NCBI GenBank assembly: GCA_965202585.1
Contig: OZ241831.1
Span: 48,732,001 to 48,796,000 of the forward strand
DNA length: 64,000 nucleotides
Origin: Thalia democratica
Taxonomy: Eukaryota
Direction of reading: 5' to 3'
A model generated the notes under the pieces. That model searched no databases and was not told the DNA's origin. It worked only from the letters and a program-made list of their open reading frames with translations. Positions 12,087 to 27,000 of this stretch are shown here, piece by piece. Both the position numbers and the translations under genes were made by a program. Numbering within the stretch: position 1 is the stretch's first letter; each line of letters starts with the position of its first letter.

Positions 12087-15000
12087 TTATTTATCCTCCA
12101 GTTTTCTCCTCGACGCGGCGGTGTTGCTCGGAATCGCCTGCAGCTGCGGATCTACTTTCTTTTGGCTTTTCGGCGGAGCGGACAACTTCTGACTGGTGGG
12201 GGTCTGCGAGGCGCGGAGGAATATCTGCCCGGGCGTCTTCCTCAGCTGCGGGCTCTCCACGAAGCTCCTCTTCTTCGATCTCTTGCTGGGAGTGGTCAGC
12301 GACGCGTTGTGGCGCTGCTGAGACGACTGTGACGTCATTGGGGTGATGACGTCGTCGCGCTTGAGCTTGGGCGAGGCGGATGCTGTGACGTCATGTGGTG
12401 GTGGTGGGGGCATGGCTGTTTCCATGGTAAAAGTATAAGTTAATCAACACCTAACTACCTAGTTGTGCGCATACAGTAAAATAAAATAATATTAAAAATA
12501 ATCATGACTCATTACTAAATATCAGTAGTTAAAACGCGTTTTAAATTATAATGATAATTTTTTATTGTTCTACTTTAAGCTTTACGCCAAAATGATGGAT
12601 AACAGACTTGAAATGATATTCATAAGGTGCAAGTGTGCCAAACTTTCAGTTTAATTTTATGAAAATTGTTGAGAACTTATGTTAAACTTTAAAAAATCAT
12701 AAAGTTAAACTTACAAGAAATATCGTGAACGGATTGATTTTCTTTTTCATCCGAAGAACTCTCAACTATCGGTAACTTTTTAACGAATTCTTTAATGTAT
12801 TTAGTTGCCATTTTGTCTGTTACAACCTGAAACAAAAGTTATTTTTTAAAATAAGGTTAGGTAAGAGATTAATTTCTCGTAGTAAATTAAAATACACATA
12901 CCTTTATACAAAACAGTACCTGACAAAAAATTTAAATAACAATTTATATTTTAAAACTGCCATTTTGAAAACTTATATTTAAAAAGATAACTAGAACCCG
13001 TTTAACATACATGCTTAAAAGCTTTAGCTTTGAGAAAATTTTCAATATTGTAAAGTGTTATTGTTTATTTATAATAATATACTTTATATTGTACAAAAAC
13101 TAAACGTTAACTTCATGTAAGCTACGGTGAAATTTTCAGTATAAGCATCAAACAACTAGTAGCACAACTTTAAAAACTTAAATAAATAAGTTATTTACTT
13201 TTTGATGGATGATATAATACCATGTAAGGTTATACCTTACATTACCTTACATTTTTCTATTATCACACAAAAACACAACAAACTTGTAGCATATTGGATG
13301 CATGCATATATTCAAAAGTTGTTAAAATTTACCATTTTAATTCGACAACTTTCAAAACAAAAAATTTCACAAACCTGCAGCAGATTGGAAGTTAACACGT
13401 GCAGGTCTTTCACGTTGTTGGTCAGCTTGAAATCGAGTTCCAGCTGCGGCAACGCTCTGCACAAAACCGCTGCATTCATTGCAGACGGGTCTGCGAGAAC
13501 CTCGTTGCAGATCATCGAGGCGAAGTTGTCGTGCGCGGAACCCTCTTTCAACTGTGGTTTGTTTGTTACAACTATTATAACTTTTCTAATATAAAAAGTG
13601 AAAAACAATTTTAAAGATATTGAGAAGTTATTAGGATTCTAACTTTTTCATTAAACATTGCTGTTATGTAAATAAATAAATTTTAAATTTAATGAAACTT
13701 TGTCAAGCGAGTATAAAACTGATTATCAGTACAACTTCTATATTTTCATCAATTAAACACTGGGATATTAAAATGTCTAACTTGATAAATCATTACTTAA
13801 AATTATGCTTAAGCTTAACATCATGCTTCTACTTTGAAGATTTCGGACATTCAACCATCAACCAACCCAATTTTTCTTCTTGAGGAAATGCTGCGAGGTC
13901 TCCCTTATGAGGCAAGGACTGGTGGCGGTGATGAAGAGGTTGACGACGTTGTTTATTTTAACGTGGGAGTAGGGCGAGTTGTGCGGGGCGTCGAAGAGCG
14001 TCCTCAACGTGGGAAGGAAGGCTTGCTGCATGCACTCGTGCGCTTCGCTGTGGTGAAATAACTTGCTATTAATTAATTAAACATAAATTAGACAATTTAG
14101 ATTGAGAGTTTTATTCAACACGGTGTTTCATGCAAACGCAATGATCACGATTTAAAAACTCTATAAAGTAAGATAGGCAAAGCTATACATACTACTATTA
14201 GATGCTACTAAACAACACTAATCGACACTAATTATATTCTTATCACAACTGATTAAATTAAATGTGCTTGCTAAATTAACAAAAAAATTCCAAAATGCTT
14301 AATGGCCGATTAAGTAAAACCTATTGGATAAGTACAAAATAGATAAATAAATAACTAGAAAACACAAATGCAACAATAATAAAATAAAAATAAAAATAAT
14401 AGAATAAAACTATATTAAAAACAAAATAAAATAAAATGCAAGCACGAATGTAATATACTTATAAAACTTGTAAATATGAACATGACAATGTTAAGATTTT
14501 AAATAAAATTTAGCGAAGTGTCTGCATTTGCCAATTAACTCAGTTCTGGTGTTGAGCCAAATAACTTACTAGTAGGTTTGTTCAAGTGAGGTTACTCTGT
14601 TAAACAAACTTACTACTACAAATGTTAAGTGTTTACTAAAATCTACGGCATGTGCTTCTCAGTTAAGTTCTATTATGTATTACTGGTAGTGTTTAAAAAA
14701 TACCGAAAATTAACAAATTACAAATAACGGTTTTTACGGATTTCAAAATATCAAAACCTTCATGCATTTATGAGCTTCGCTGAGAAAATACTTACAAGTT
14801 AAGTAAAAAAATATTTTAATTTGAGTAATTTCAATTTGGTTTATTGGTTTAATATAAGATCATTTCTTGCCAAGGATACTTAATACAAACTAAAAAACAA
14901 CTGACTATTCAGTGATTGAAAATACAAAACATATTTCGAAATATATAAAAATAATATAACCACGTATTTAAAAACTCATCAAGTTCATTATAAAAGAATT

Positions 15001-18000
15001 TATTATTCAATAACTTACCCCGACATGTTAGGGAAAATATCCAAGAATTTCGATATGAGTTCAACGATCGTAGGATCTGATTTTGTTATTGGATTGAACC
15101 AGTGAAGAACCAACCTGCATTAAGAGATAAAAATAAAACTATTTACTAATACACAGCGCCCGCTAACGTAAAATAATTACAACAAATTTTGGCAAAGTAC
15201 TTACACTAACCTGCAACTTAAAAACATAAAACTATTTACTAATACGCAGCGCCCACTAGCGGATATAAAAACAAACCTGCAGCAGACCATGGGGCTTATT
15301 ATGTGATGACTGACGTGAGTTCGAACCAACAACGAAACTACGGCTTCGCGCACTTCCAGCTCCTGTGACGTCATAATAAAGTTATCAGTAATCAGACTTT
15401 TTATCTGCTACATAGATATTTATACGGAATTTTTTCAAGCTTAAAACTGATCAACTGGGACGTTTTATTTAGGTGTTAACACGATTCTGGAACTGATTTA
15501 TTTTAAGAACATTTGTAATAAATAAGTTGTTGTTGGCAGGTTTGGATTGCATTTATAAAGTCTTTTTCTCAAGAAAATCATGTGACTAAAGTTTTAGTCA
15601 AAATAAGTTGTAGGAAAGTTCATGGTAAGATTGATTATGGTCAATTATTTATGAGTTACTTTATACTATTGCATGAGGTTTAAATTTATTGAATTGATGA
15701 CTAAAGTTTATATATATATTGTTAGAAATATTGTACAAAAGGACTAAATACAAGTTATGTTAATAAGCAAAAATATCAAATTCAACTCATAAAAGTTTCA
15801 AATCTTTGGTTATTTAAGTTTAATGAACATTCTTTAAAATATTATACGATCTACTTGCTTCTTACTTTTAAACTGTTGCAAACAAATCAGTTAAATTTAC
15901 TGTGTAATTACTTTTTTTACCTTCCTACCCTTTTTATTGAAATATTTTTTCAAATATATCTAAAAGTAAAAGAAGCTTGTAAATTTTAAGTATAACTAGA
16001 TAAAAACGGATTAGTTATTGAAAACTTTACTGAGGATTTTTATGTAAAAATTTTTAATGAAACAAAACACCTTCATGTTAATTTTTATGATTAAATTTCC
16101 TCGCACATTGTTAAAAATCAGTTTAATTTTTAATATACTTAAATTAAATTTTGTTTAATTTACCTTTCATTTGATTTAGATAAACAAATCTAAAGCTATA
16201 AAATGAATAACAGAACTGTTTACGATTCATCATAAATAAATTTTAAAGTTCAATTTCTTTCAATATTAAATGTAACTTTAGTAAAACGCTATAAGTTTTG
16301 TTGAATAATATGACAAAAATGTTGGTTTAAAAAATCAAAATTAAAGCTACATAAGAACGTTATTTTAATAAAAACATATTTTTTTACATATCATGTGTTT
16401 GTATAAAAATAAAACAATTTAACTCCCATGCGACAATAAAATGAAGCTTAGATAACATTTAAAATTTGTTGACAAAACAATTTTATGTAAAAGTATTTCT
16501 TTTAAAACTACTTTTAAAATTAAATCAGTAATCAATATTTAATGAGTTTTTAAGAAACTGTTTTGTAACCATCACGAGACGTAAAGGTTAAAGATGATTT
16601 AATTTGATATGAAAAGTATAAACATAGACATCCTTGAGAGAGTGTTACCTAACGAAGCTCAATACTTTTTAAGAAATCGATTTTCTAGCTCGATTGCATA
16701 AAAAATATTCTTACAGCCTTTACAAAAAATTAAGTGTATTTTAATAGCAGTAGTGTAAAAAACATTTTAAATCAAACACTATCTTTATACTCGAAAAATA
16801 AAACTTTTTAAAACTCACAAAATTTCATAAGGCTTATTTGCTGCATAATATTATACTCGAATAACTTTTTTTTTATTCTTAGCATTGATAAAAAAACAAT
16901 TTTGAAACTTTAAAAAAAATTAAAAACTAATTTTTCTATACAAAAACTTTTATATTTCAACGTGGCAAATTTAATCATTAAAGTAGGTTGATATTCTTTA
17001 TTGTCATACAACATTATATTAATAATTAAATTATCAATTACTTATTCAAATTAACCTCATCATCAAGCATTGATAGAAATTTGTTCATCAAAACCGATTG
17101 ACATTCTTTATTGTCGTATTCTTCGCCTGATTCCTGAAAAAATTATTAATTAAATTAAATTTTTTCGCCGGATTCCTGTTATAAACGTTAAAATAAAATT
17201 CAGTTTAAATCCCACAATGCTATTGTGTTTTCACTTATCAAAACAAATAAATAATAATGTAACTTGCTTTAAATCTATTCTATTTGAATAAGACCTATTT
17301 ACAACAACTGAGGATCTCCTATATGCAAGTATAGGAGTGAAACATTGTTTTGTTTGTAATAAACTGTTGAAATAAATATTGGAAAACAAATAAATGAACA
17401 AATTTTCTCATAATAAAACCTTGAATTAATTAGAAGCAAGAAACTTTAATCTTAATGTTGTCAGTATTTTTTTTTACTCAGTAAAATAGCTATAAAAAAA
17501 AATTTATAAAAGGAAACTTTGTAGGAAAAGCATATGTTTAAATCACGATGCAATATTTGCAAATTTAAGTAAATCTTATTCAAACAAAGTACCGTTGTGT
17601 ATCAACTTTTTTTTTGTAAAGTAATTAACAAAATAAAAAAAAAAACAATCAAAAGCTGAGCCGTAAACACCCGACTTTTACTTTTTTTAAAAGTTTAACC
17701 AAAATAATTAAACATTAAACCTCCATGCTTTTCTTCAGAACTGACTTGCAGCCGAAAAATCTGATGAAGTCGCAAACGCAGTTGATGGCCTCCGCTCTCA
17801 CGTTGTACTCGTCAACTTCTGCAGCCTGTGTGACGTCATAATTACTATTTAATTTATATATATTATATATAATATGCTCTGACGTTGTACTCAATGTTAT
17901 GTGTGACGACATAATTAACTAAAAACGTACAAAATAATAAAACACACACATTAGCTAACAACCAGATAGGTTTGAGAGGAAACTTTTAACATTTATTAAA

Positions 18001-21000
18001 TCATATTTATACAAATTATTTAGTTACTATCTAATTTAACTCGTTAACTTCTGCCGCCTATGTGACGTAACAATCGTTACTTAAAATTATAAACTAATGC
18101 TTTAAAATGATTGAAAACTTTAATAAAAGTTGAAAACATGAATATTTTAAAATAAATCATTGACCGAAAAAAAGTGTAAAGTATTAATTATCAAAATAGC
18201 TTCCTGAATAGTTTAAAATGTAAACGGGTATTTTTTAATAAAATATATTAAGTTTATAATGAAATAAACAAAATACCTTCATAAAAAGTTGGAAATGCAG
18301 ACTTGCAAGCTTGTTCGAATACAGGCAACAGGTTCCAAGCGTCTTCACAGCTTCGAACCTCACATTTGAGTCGGGATTGAAGAAACATGGAACCACTATG
18401 TAGTCTATCCAACCCAAGAATGTTGAGTGAATACTAGAAAAAATTAAGAGAGTAATTATATTAGTTTGTTATTTTTATTTATTAACTACTATGTAGTTTA
18501 TACAACCCAAAAATATTTAATGTTTACTAGAAAATAATAAGAAAATAGTCGTTATTAGTTCATTATTTATTGAACTACTATGTAGTCTGTCCAACCTATA
18601 AATGTAGAATGAATACTAGAAAATTGTTAATAATATACTCATTATTAGTTTGTTATTTATTAAGAAAATAAACAAAAAAAAGTTTTTTGTTTTTAGTCAT
18701 AAAAATTTTAATTTTTGATTTTTTATAATTTTGTTCCGACAGAATTTTATAAATATCGCAAGGACAACTCCCTGAAAGTTTGAAGTAATTATCTCCAAAA
18801 AAACTAGGAGGAGATAGATTTTTAGTGATTTCTAGTTATTTGCCGTTTTAGTTTGCGCCTCCCATAAAGAACCTATTGTAGTTACCGATTTCGACCGGCT
18901 ACATCTCAAAAATTGTTTTGAGTTTTAAAAATCTGCAAAAAGCAACTTGTAGCTAAGTAAAAACTCAATAAAATAAGACTTTATTGTGAAAAAGATGATA
19001 TACCTCCCTACGCCCTTAATTAATACTAACTATTATTTCATTATTTATTAAATTTCCCTATAGTAAATATATTGAGTTGAAATTTAATTTATATATAGTT
19101 TATTTTCCATATCAACGCTAATTTGACAAAAATTAATTGCCTACTGAATTTTCTACTATTTGTTAATCAACTTTTAACATACTTTACCTTTTCTTTGAGT
19201 CATAAACTGCCCTGAGTCACCCTGAGTTTTTTTTCAAATCCTTAATTTTTTTTTTGCCTCTGGCGCAAACTACTTATGCTTCATGTTCTTTTTTCTTCTA
19301 AATATTTAAAAGAAAGGTTGTATGTGTATGCTTCTGCATAAGATATTCACTAAACTTGTGAGAAATAGTGTTTTTAAAGATTCAACGTTAAAAATAAAGT
19401 TAATTGAGATTAAAAATAAAATTTGTGGATAATTTTATGTAATCATGTTAGTTAACTTCATACATAATAGAAAATTACTTGGGACTTTTTTTTATTTTAA
19501 CTAACTAAATTTGGTCTAACTTCTTAAAGTACTCACTTGAATGAATAAACTCAAACATTGTGAAATTTAATTTCAGATATGAAACAAAAACTACAATGCT
19601 ATTTCTGAAGTAATTTAACTATAGAGTTTAGAACAAATAAATAGGACACAGTAACCTATCCACTAATAGGAGATTGACAATTAATAATTTATTATTTTTG
19701 AGAATAAACAATTACTCAGTTTCACCGCAGTTTCACTACAGATTTACAAATTGAAAATCCGCTCTGCGGTGAAACTGAGTAATTGTTTATTCTCAAAAAT
19801 AATAAATTAATATTATTTATAAAGTAGGCTAAAAATAACTAAATAAGCATTTCAAAGTCAATAAAAATCATGTAATTAAACAAAATTGTTTATATAAAAT
19901 AACAAAATATTGAAACTTGATCAATTAAACCCCATTCTAGATCTAGAAAAAAATATTTCCTAAGGTTTTAAAAAATTCTAAAACTATCTGAGACTTTTAT
20001 AAAAAATCAAAACTGGCCTGAGTCATCCTGAGTTAAGAAAATTTCAAAATATCCTGAGTTATCATGAGTACTCTGAGTGTGTGGCAATCCTGCATTTATA
20101 AACAAAATAACTTTATAACTAACCTTCCCTTATGAACAGCAATCTTGGTACTGTTGGCAGATTTGCACCTCAACACAAATAACGAGCTGGCAAGTTCAGT
20201 TACCAGTCTCAAGCATTTTATGAGTGTGCTCTGATCGTTCTGTGTAAACTATCATTCATTACTGTTTTGTAGATATTACTAAAAAATTATAAGTGTTATT
20301 TGGTGGTTATGTATTAGCTTATTTTAGAAATATTAACCTTTTTTGAATACTCTAGCAAAACAATTGACAAGTGTAATTTTAGTTGTTTCGTGTTAAACCA
20401 TTAACAATTTAATATAAAATTTAAAATTTTATACTAATAATGAGCTTGCAGGATAAAAGTTCACTGCTTTAACTATAACTTAAAGCAGTATTCAAAATAT
20501 GATTTTATGTTATAAAATATTAAAAATCATAACAAACTTTTTCGTTTTGTTGGGTTTCTTGTTGAGATTCCTGCGAGTCTTGGGAGTTCACGTTCAGAAG
20601 ATCTTTTTTGTTCCTGTAAAAAATATTTGACTACAATGAAAATATTCAGTATTTGTTAAAAACTGGTTAGATTCTTTGACTACCAAAACTTTAAAGTACT
20701 AACTTTTAAGGCCAGTTAAAAGTTAAAGCTGAACAAATCAATCATTTAAGCTAAGTATTAATGTAATAACTGTTTTAACCGATATAATCAGTATTCTGAA
20801 ACATCAAACCTAACAGTATTGAATATTTCAAGTAAGTGTGAAATTTTAAACCGTATAAGAAATACCTGATGGCAAGATTCGCTTTAAGATGAAAAGTGTA
20901 AAACTTGAAAAATCAGTAAAAATTATGAACAAACTTTAATCTCATATAATATCAAAACAAACAATATTCTTAAAACAATTATGAAACCTTATAGCAATAC

Positions 21001-24000
21001 CAAGACTAACAATAATTTAAACTAATTAAATACTTAACACAATAAAACATTATACAAAAAGCCTTATAGCAGAGGCGAGATTGACAAAGTATGACTTTCA
21101 TTTTCAATTTTATTAAGTAAAAGTACTACAAATAAAATAAATACCAGTAAACAATGAAACCTGATGGCCGATGCGGGGTTGACAATGTTGGATATTACGT
21201 TTTCGATCTTCGAGCATTGCGATTTGATCTCATCAATGTTTTTCTGGCACTCCTCCGCTTGACCGTACTTCTTTTCGCTTATGAGCTGATCCAGTATCTC
21301 GTTCTCACTACGTAAGTTCATCGTGAGTTCTGCTTTCTGTAATTAAAGTATGTCCGATATAGTTACACAACACTTTGCTATTAATTAACAAGTTCGTGCC
21401 TGTTAATCTTTCCAAGATCTTTTCTGTTAATGCTCTTATTAAAAGATCGATATTGATATGTACTTGAATCATTTTATTAGTTAAAGATTCGATCAAAAAA
21501 TTTTGATAGAAATTACACTGTAATGTTAAACTTTCAAATTTTCTTAACTTATATTAACCTAAAAAAAGATTTTTCACGATATAAATAATAAACGTAAGTT
21601 GAAATGCAATTGAAACGGGACACGTTCAAAATACACCCAGTCAAATTCGAGAACCGCTTATCGATCGAAGGTAAGGGTTAGGGGTAACAGTGATAGTGAA
21701 AAATATATAAAAATAAATTTACAAATGCAAAAAATTTATAAAATAAATTAATAAATAAAGAAAAAAAATGGGTGGATTTTGAACGCGGTGGATTTTGATA
21801 GTATACCAATTGAAACATGCCAAAAACAAAAATTCTTAACAATGTTGAAAAAAACGATGAAAAGTTGATACATATCTTTTTATATATTAAAATCTAAAAC
21901 AAACCTTGAACCGCAACGTGTGAACTTTCTTCTCGTCCAAGTCGGGATTGTCCGACGAAGATCGGGGGAGCTGGTCTTCCTGCGAGGAGTCCTGCGGGAT
22001 CGTCATCGAAGGAATCCTCAGCTCCGATATGAGACGAGACACCGCGTTGATGGTTTCCGTTTCGTTGCTGCGTCATAAAAAATGTGTGACGTCATAATGA
22101 TAAAAACTTTCAAAAGAACTGCTGTTACACAGTTTTATCGAGCGTGAGCAGTAAAATTTCAAGTAGCTTTACAAGGAAAAACAACTGGTTAACAGTTAAA
22201 AAAGAAGCTGAGATAATATTTAGACATGTACGTTTGCAGTTCATAAAAACTATATAAGTACTTCCTGCTTATTACCGGTATCAGTAATATAGAACAGCTA
22301 CTAAAATGTTGAAACCTCCAGAAAGTTTTTCAGATTGAAACATAAGTAAGATGAGCACAAAAACATTGCATAATGCACACAATTAGTAACAAAAAAGTGT
22401 CTTACTTTGAGAAATGCACAGCTACAAACAGCTTAGCCAGAGCCGGGTAGAAATTGGGAAACATTACGACGTCTACATTTGAAATTATCTTGTTTGTTAT
22501 TTCGTCCATTTTGCGACGACCTTAAGAAATATAATCATTAATACAGATATATTATTTAATTACATTTGATATTATCTTGTTTGTTATTTCATCCATTTTG
22601 CGACGACCTTAAGAAATATAATCATTAATACAGATATATTATTTAATTACATTTTATATTATCTTGTTTGTTATTTCATCCATTTTGCGACGACCTTAAG
22701 AAATATAATTATTAATACAGATATATTATTTAATTACATTTTATATTATCTTGTTTGTTATTTCCTCTATTTTACGTCGACCTTAAAAAACTAAAAAGTA
22801 CAGTACTTAACTACGTTTCATATTACTTTGTTTGTTATTTTGTTGATTTTCCTGAGAGCTTGAACAGATATTTTAAATGCCAAGTTTCAGTTTTTTACTA
22901 TTATCAAAAAAAAATTTGTCTGAACTTATATTGTGGATTTTTTTTAAACTATAAAATGAGGTACTTATGGCCTTTCAATATTGTTTTTTCTATTGTAAAA
23001 TATTTCATGTTTACTTAGATAAAATAACAAGTTTGCTTTGTTGCTTTATGCCTAAAGGAATAGAAAATAAATGTATAATATACATGTGTAATATTTAAAA
23101 GAATTGAAACTTAAGTTCGTTACCTCAGTAGACAAAAATTTTAGCGATTGTACATTTTGTTAGGAATTATACCAGCAAAAACTGAGTATTCAAGAGTTGA
23201 TGTCGTATTAAAACAGTTTTTTACAAGAACAATGCTTCAAATAAAACTTTTTGTAATAAAATAATTGATATAGTTCACATACCTGCGGAATCGGAGTAGT
23301 CAAGAGTCGCCGCCATGTTAAAGAGCTGTTCAGCCACGAATTCCTTGTCGATTCTTTCGTCTTCCAAATCTTCAGACAACACTTCATCAGCATCCATTGT
23401 CAGGAATGGCACTATGTTTCTGTTTGAAAATAAAATTTTACTTATTTGATAATATATAAGTTATTTAGTAAATTTTTAATACTTGTACAATTTGTAATAT
23501 TTCTGTTTGCATTATTTACTTAATAAAATATTGTTAGTTTTATTGTTAATATTGGCACAATGTATTTGTTAGTAATAAAGTGTTTTGATAAACTTCTTAA
23601 AATGTTTCTGTTAGTAATAATATGAATGTCAGTTGTTGAAATTAATAAATATGATCATTGTAACAATCTTTCTGATAAAATATATATCATAAAACTTCTA
23701 TTATTGACCATAATATTTGTATGTGGTATTATCATAACACTATTCAGTATGTTGTGCTAACTTAAATGTTGATCAAAACTTTTCAATCATATAAAAACTA
23801 TGTTTTAACAATTAAACTTTAGCATATTAAGGGCATTGGGGGGGGGGGGGGTAAACACCCTTTTTTGGTTTTTGATCTTATTTTATATAGTTTTTACTAA
23901 ACTACAAGGTGCTTTTTACAGATTTAAAATAATCAAAATAGTTTTTGAGATATAGCCGGTCAAAGTCGAAGCCGACAATAGGATCCTTATGGGAGGCGCA

Positions 24001-27000
24001 AACTAAAACGGCAAAAATAGACTATTTCACTAAAAATCTATCTTCTCCTACGTTTTTTGAGATAACTACCTCAAACTTTCAGGAAATGTTCCTTGATATA
24101 TTTAGAAAATTCTGTCAGAAGGAATTTAAAAAAAAAAAAAATTATATAAAAAATAAACAAAAAAAACAGTTTTTTTTTGTTTTTTTGTTATAAAATTTTT
24201 TAATTTTTTTAAATTCTGTTCTGACAGAATTTTCTAAATACTGCAAGGAACATTTCCCGAAAATTTGAGGTAGTTATCTCAAAAAACGTAGGAGGAGATA
24301 GATTTTTAGTGATTTCTAGTTATTTGACGTTTTAGTTTGCGCCTCCCATAAGGATCCTATTGTTGCCTCTGATTTTGACCGGCTATATCTCAAAATTTAT
24401 TTTGAATTTTTTTAATCTGTAAAAAGCATCTTGTAGCTTAGTAAAAACTATATGAAATAAGATCAAAAACCAAAAAAGGGTGTTTACCCCCCCCTATGCC
24501 CTTAAATATAACAACAAACTTCTCATAGTATTATTCAATGTGTTGTGCAAATTTGAACATTAAAGGATTTATTTTAAATATTTGAAACAATATTTTATTT
24601 ATCATGATATATAACAACAAACTTCTCATAGTATTCTTCAATGTGTTGTGCGAACTTGAAGGTAGAAGGCAGCAGATCATCAAGCATAACAGTTCCCTCG
24701 CCTTTCAGACTTCTCAGATACTCGCACAATATGTTCCAATAAGCAACACTTTCGGGCGATAGTGAGTCAATCGGAATGAGGTTTCTGTAATAAGAAAATT
24801 AAATTTGTAACAGTATTTCTTTTATTTTTCTTTATTTCAAGTTTTATATTTTTGTTATACTAATCGTACAACATGTTCGAATAAGCAACACTTTCGGGTG
24901 ATAGTGAGTCAATCGGAATGAGGTTTCTGTATAATAAAATTTTAATTATAATGAGTATTTTTTTTATATTTATTTATCTATTTCTAGTTTTATATTTTTG
25001 TTATACTAATCGCACAATAAGTTCCAATAAGCAACACTTTCGGGTGATAGGGCGCCTATTTGAATGAATTTTCTGTATAAGATTTCTTTTTTAATAAGTA
25101 TGTCTTTTAAGTCTCTATTATTAATTTCGGCATACTATTTTCTAACTTTGCATTTTTATTATATCTTTTGCACAGTATGTTCCAATAAACGACTGATTGA
25201 GGCGTCAGTAAATTTATTCAGATCAGGTTTATGTAAGGAGAAAATTTTAACTTTATCATTAAATTTAACTTTAAGTTTTTTAATGGTTGTATGTTATAAT
25301 TAAAATATTTGCAGTAAACTATTTGAAAATTAATTCAGCAATCTTATCTGCTCATCCAGAGTCTTATAATTGATTTATTTAAATTTTATACAAAATGTTT
25401 CTTGGTAAACAATACATCAATTCATATTTTATTTTACAAACATTTTATGTCATACTAACACTGTTTACATCTCACAGTTGCTATTAATATTAGAAACTAT
25501 TCAATTTGAATTAATTATTCTAAAATAATTAACTATTCAAATTAACTATTAACTATTCAAAAAACATAACTTGTTAACACAATCAACGTGTGTTAGCTTA
25601 AAAAAAAAGAGTACTGTTTAAATTTGTTACTATTATTTAAAACATATTTTTTGAACAACTCACTCTTCATTCAGCAGTTTGAACTTGTTCACCGCATCGA
25701 GGTTTTGTTTTTGCAGGATTGCAATCACTGCGTGTCGGGTTGTGTCGTAAGCTCCTATTATGTCCAAGTGTTTCAACAGTTCAACTATGTCGTCCTGTTG
25801 TGTATAATATGTTAATATTTATTAATACACATAAAAGTAAGCCCTATTACGCCCAAACTATTATAGCACCTTATTAAAACAAACACAAAACAGATGAGTC
25901 CGTGATAACTTGGTTGTTGTTTGAAATTACTATTTACAACTTATCAACAAAAACGAACATCGAATTGATTCAGCCATCCCATGATAACTTGATTTTGCAC
26001 GACTTTTCTCACGCTAGCAGACGAATCGCTCAATCCTTGTATGATCAGGTACAACCTCTTGTTGTTGTCCAGCGCCTTGATGCTCAGTTTCGACGCGATA
26101 GTCTGAAATATTTACTTCATTTGTTCGATGCGTAAACAAAAAATAAACATGTGACATTTTACCTTTTTACTTGGTATACTAATTATTTTCTGTTTGTATT
26201 AATATCGGAATTACTTTTTTGCTATTGTTTATATTAGTCGAAAGTTGATATTTATTATAAACTTTATAATAAATATCAACTTTCGAATGTGAGTCATACT
26301 ACTTAGCTTTTTTTTCGAGTCTTAGTATTTAACTGCTTTCACAAAAGTCATACCAGTTAGATGCTCAGTTTTGTCTGGTTAAAAATATGCATTTAACTTA
26401 GCTAATGTATGCAATTTTGTAACATAATCATACAACCTTTGTTTTTTTCAGTCGGTGGTCATAATTTCAAAAGTTTTATTGTTGTAACAAAAATTTATAC
26501 TAATACTTACTATGAAAAACATGTCTAATTAACAGGGTTGCCACTCGTTTCTTCAATTTTTTTTCCAGGTCTTCCAAATTTCTTCCAGGTTTTTAAAAGT
26601 AAACATTTTTGGGTTTATTTTTAGTTTTAGGTTAACTTCTATATAAAAAAGTGTAAAAAATAGTATAAAAACATTGAAAAGATACTGAGAAGTTACTTTA
26701 ATTGTGTTTTTTAATAAAAAAATTTATGATGATGACAAAAAATCTTATTTATATGATAGATTTTTTGTGTCAAATCGAAATTTTATTACTGATAATGTAA
26801 CAATTATTAAAAATTCCAGGTTTTTCCAGATTTTATGATCAAATTTCCAGGTTTTTCCATGTTTTTTTCAAAATTTCTTAAGTTCCAGGTTTTTCCAGGT
26901 TATTTTTGCCTAAATTGTCGAATTCCAGGTTTTTCAAGGTTTTTCCAGGTTTCCAGGTAAAGTGGCAACCATGAATTAAACAAAATTATATTGTTTTAAG

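Noticed and set aside
12087-12425. Stand-alone 112-aa gene METAMPPP...
   Set aside because: It is explained as NCAPG exon 24 via the acceptor at 12416 in the required phase.
12033-14061. Plus-strand ORFs 12033-12332, 13202-13594, 13399-13614, 13834-14061
   Set aside because: They are antisense shadows of GC-rich NCAPG exons with no independent motifs.
16620-16720. Candidate extra NCAPG exon (AG...GTAACA)
   Set aside because: There are stops in all three frames, and exons 18 and 19 join in phase without it.
23945-24193. 82-aa ORF; likewise 52576-52860, 52843-53028 and 61063-61293
   Set aside because: They lie within MITE arms or poly-A/T tracts and show no transposase motif.
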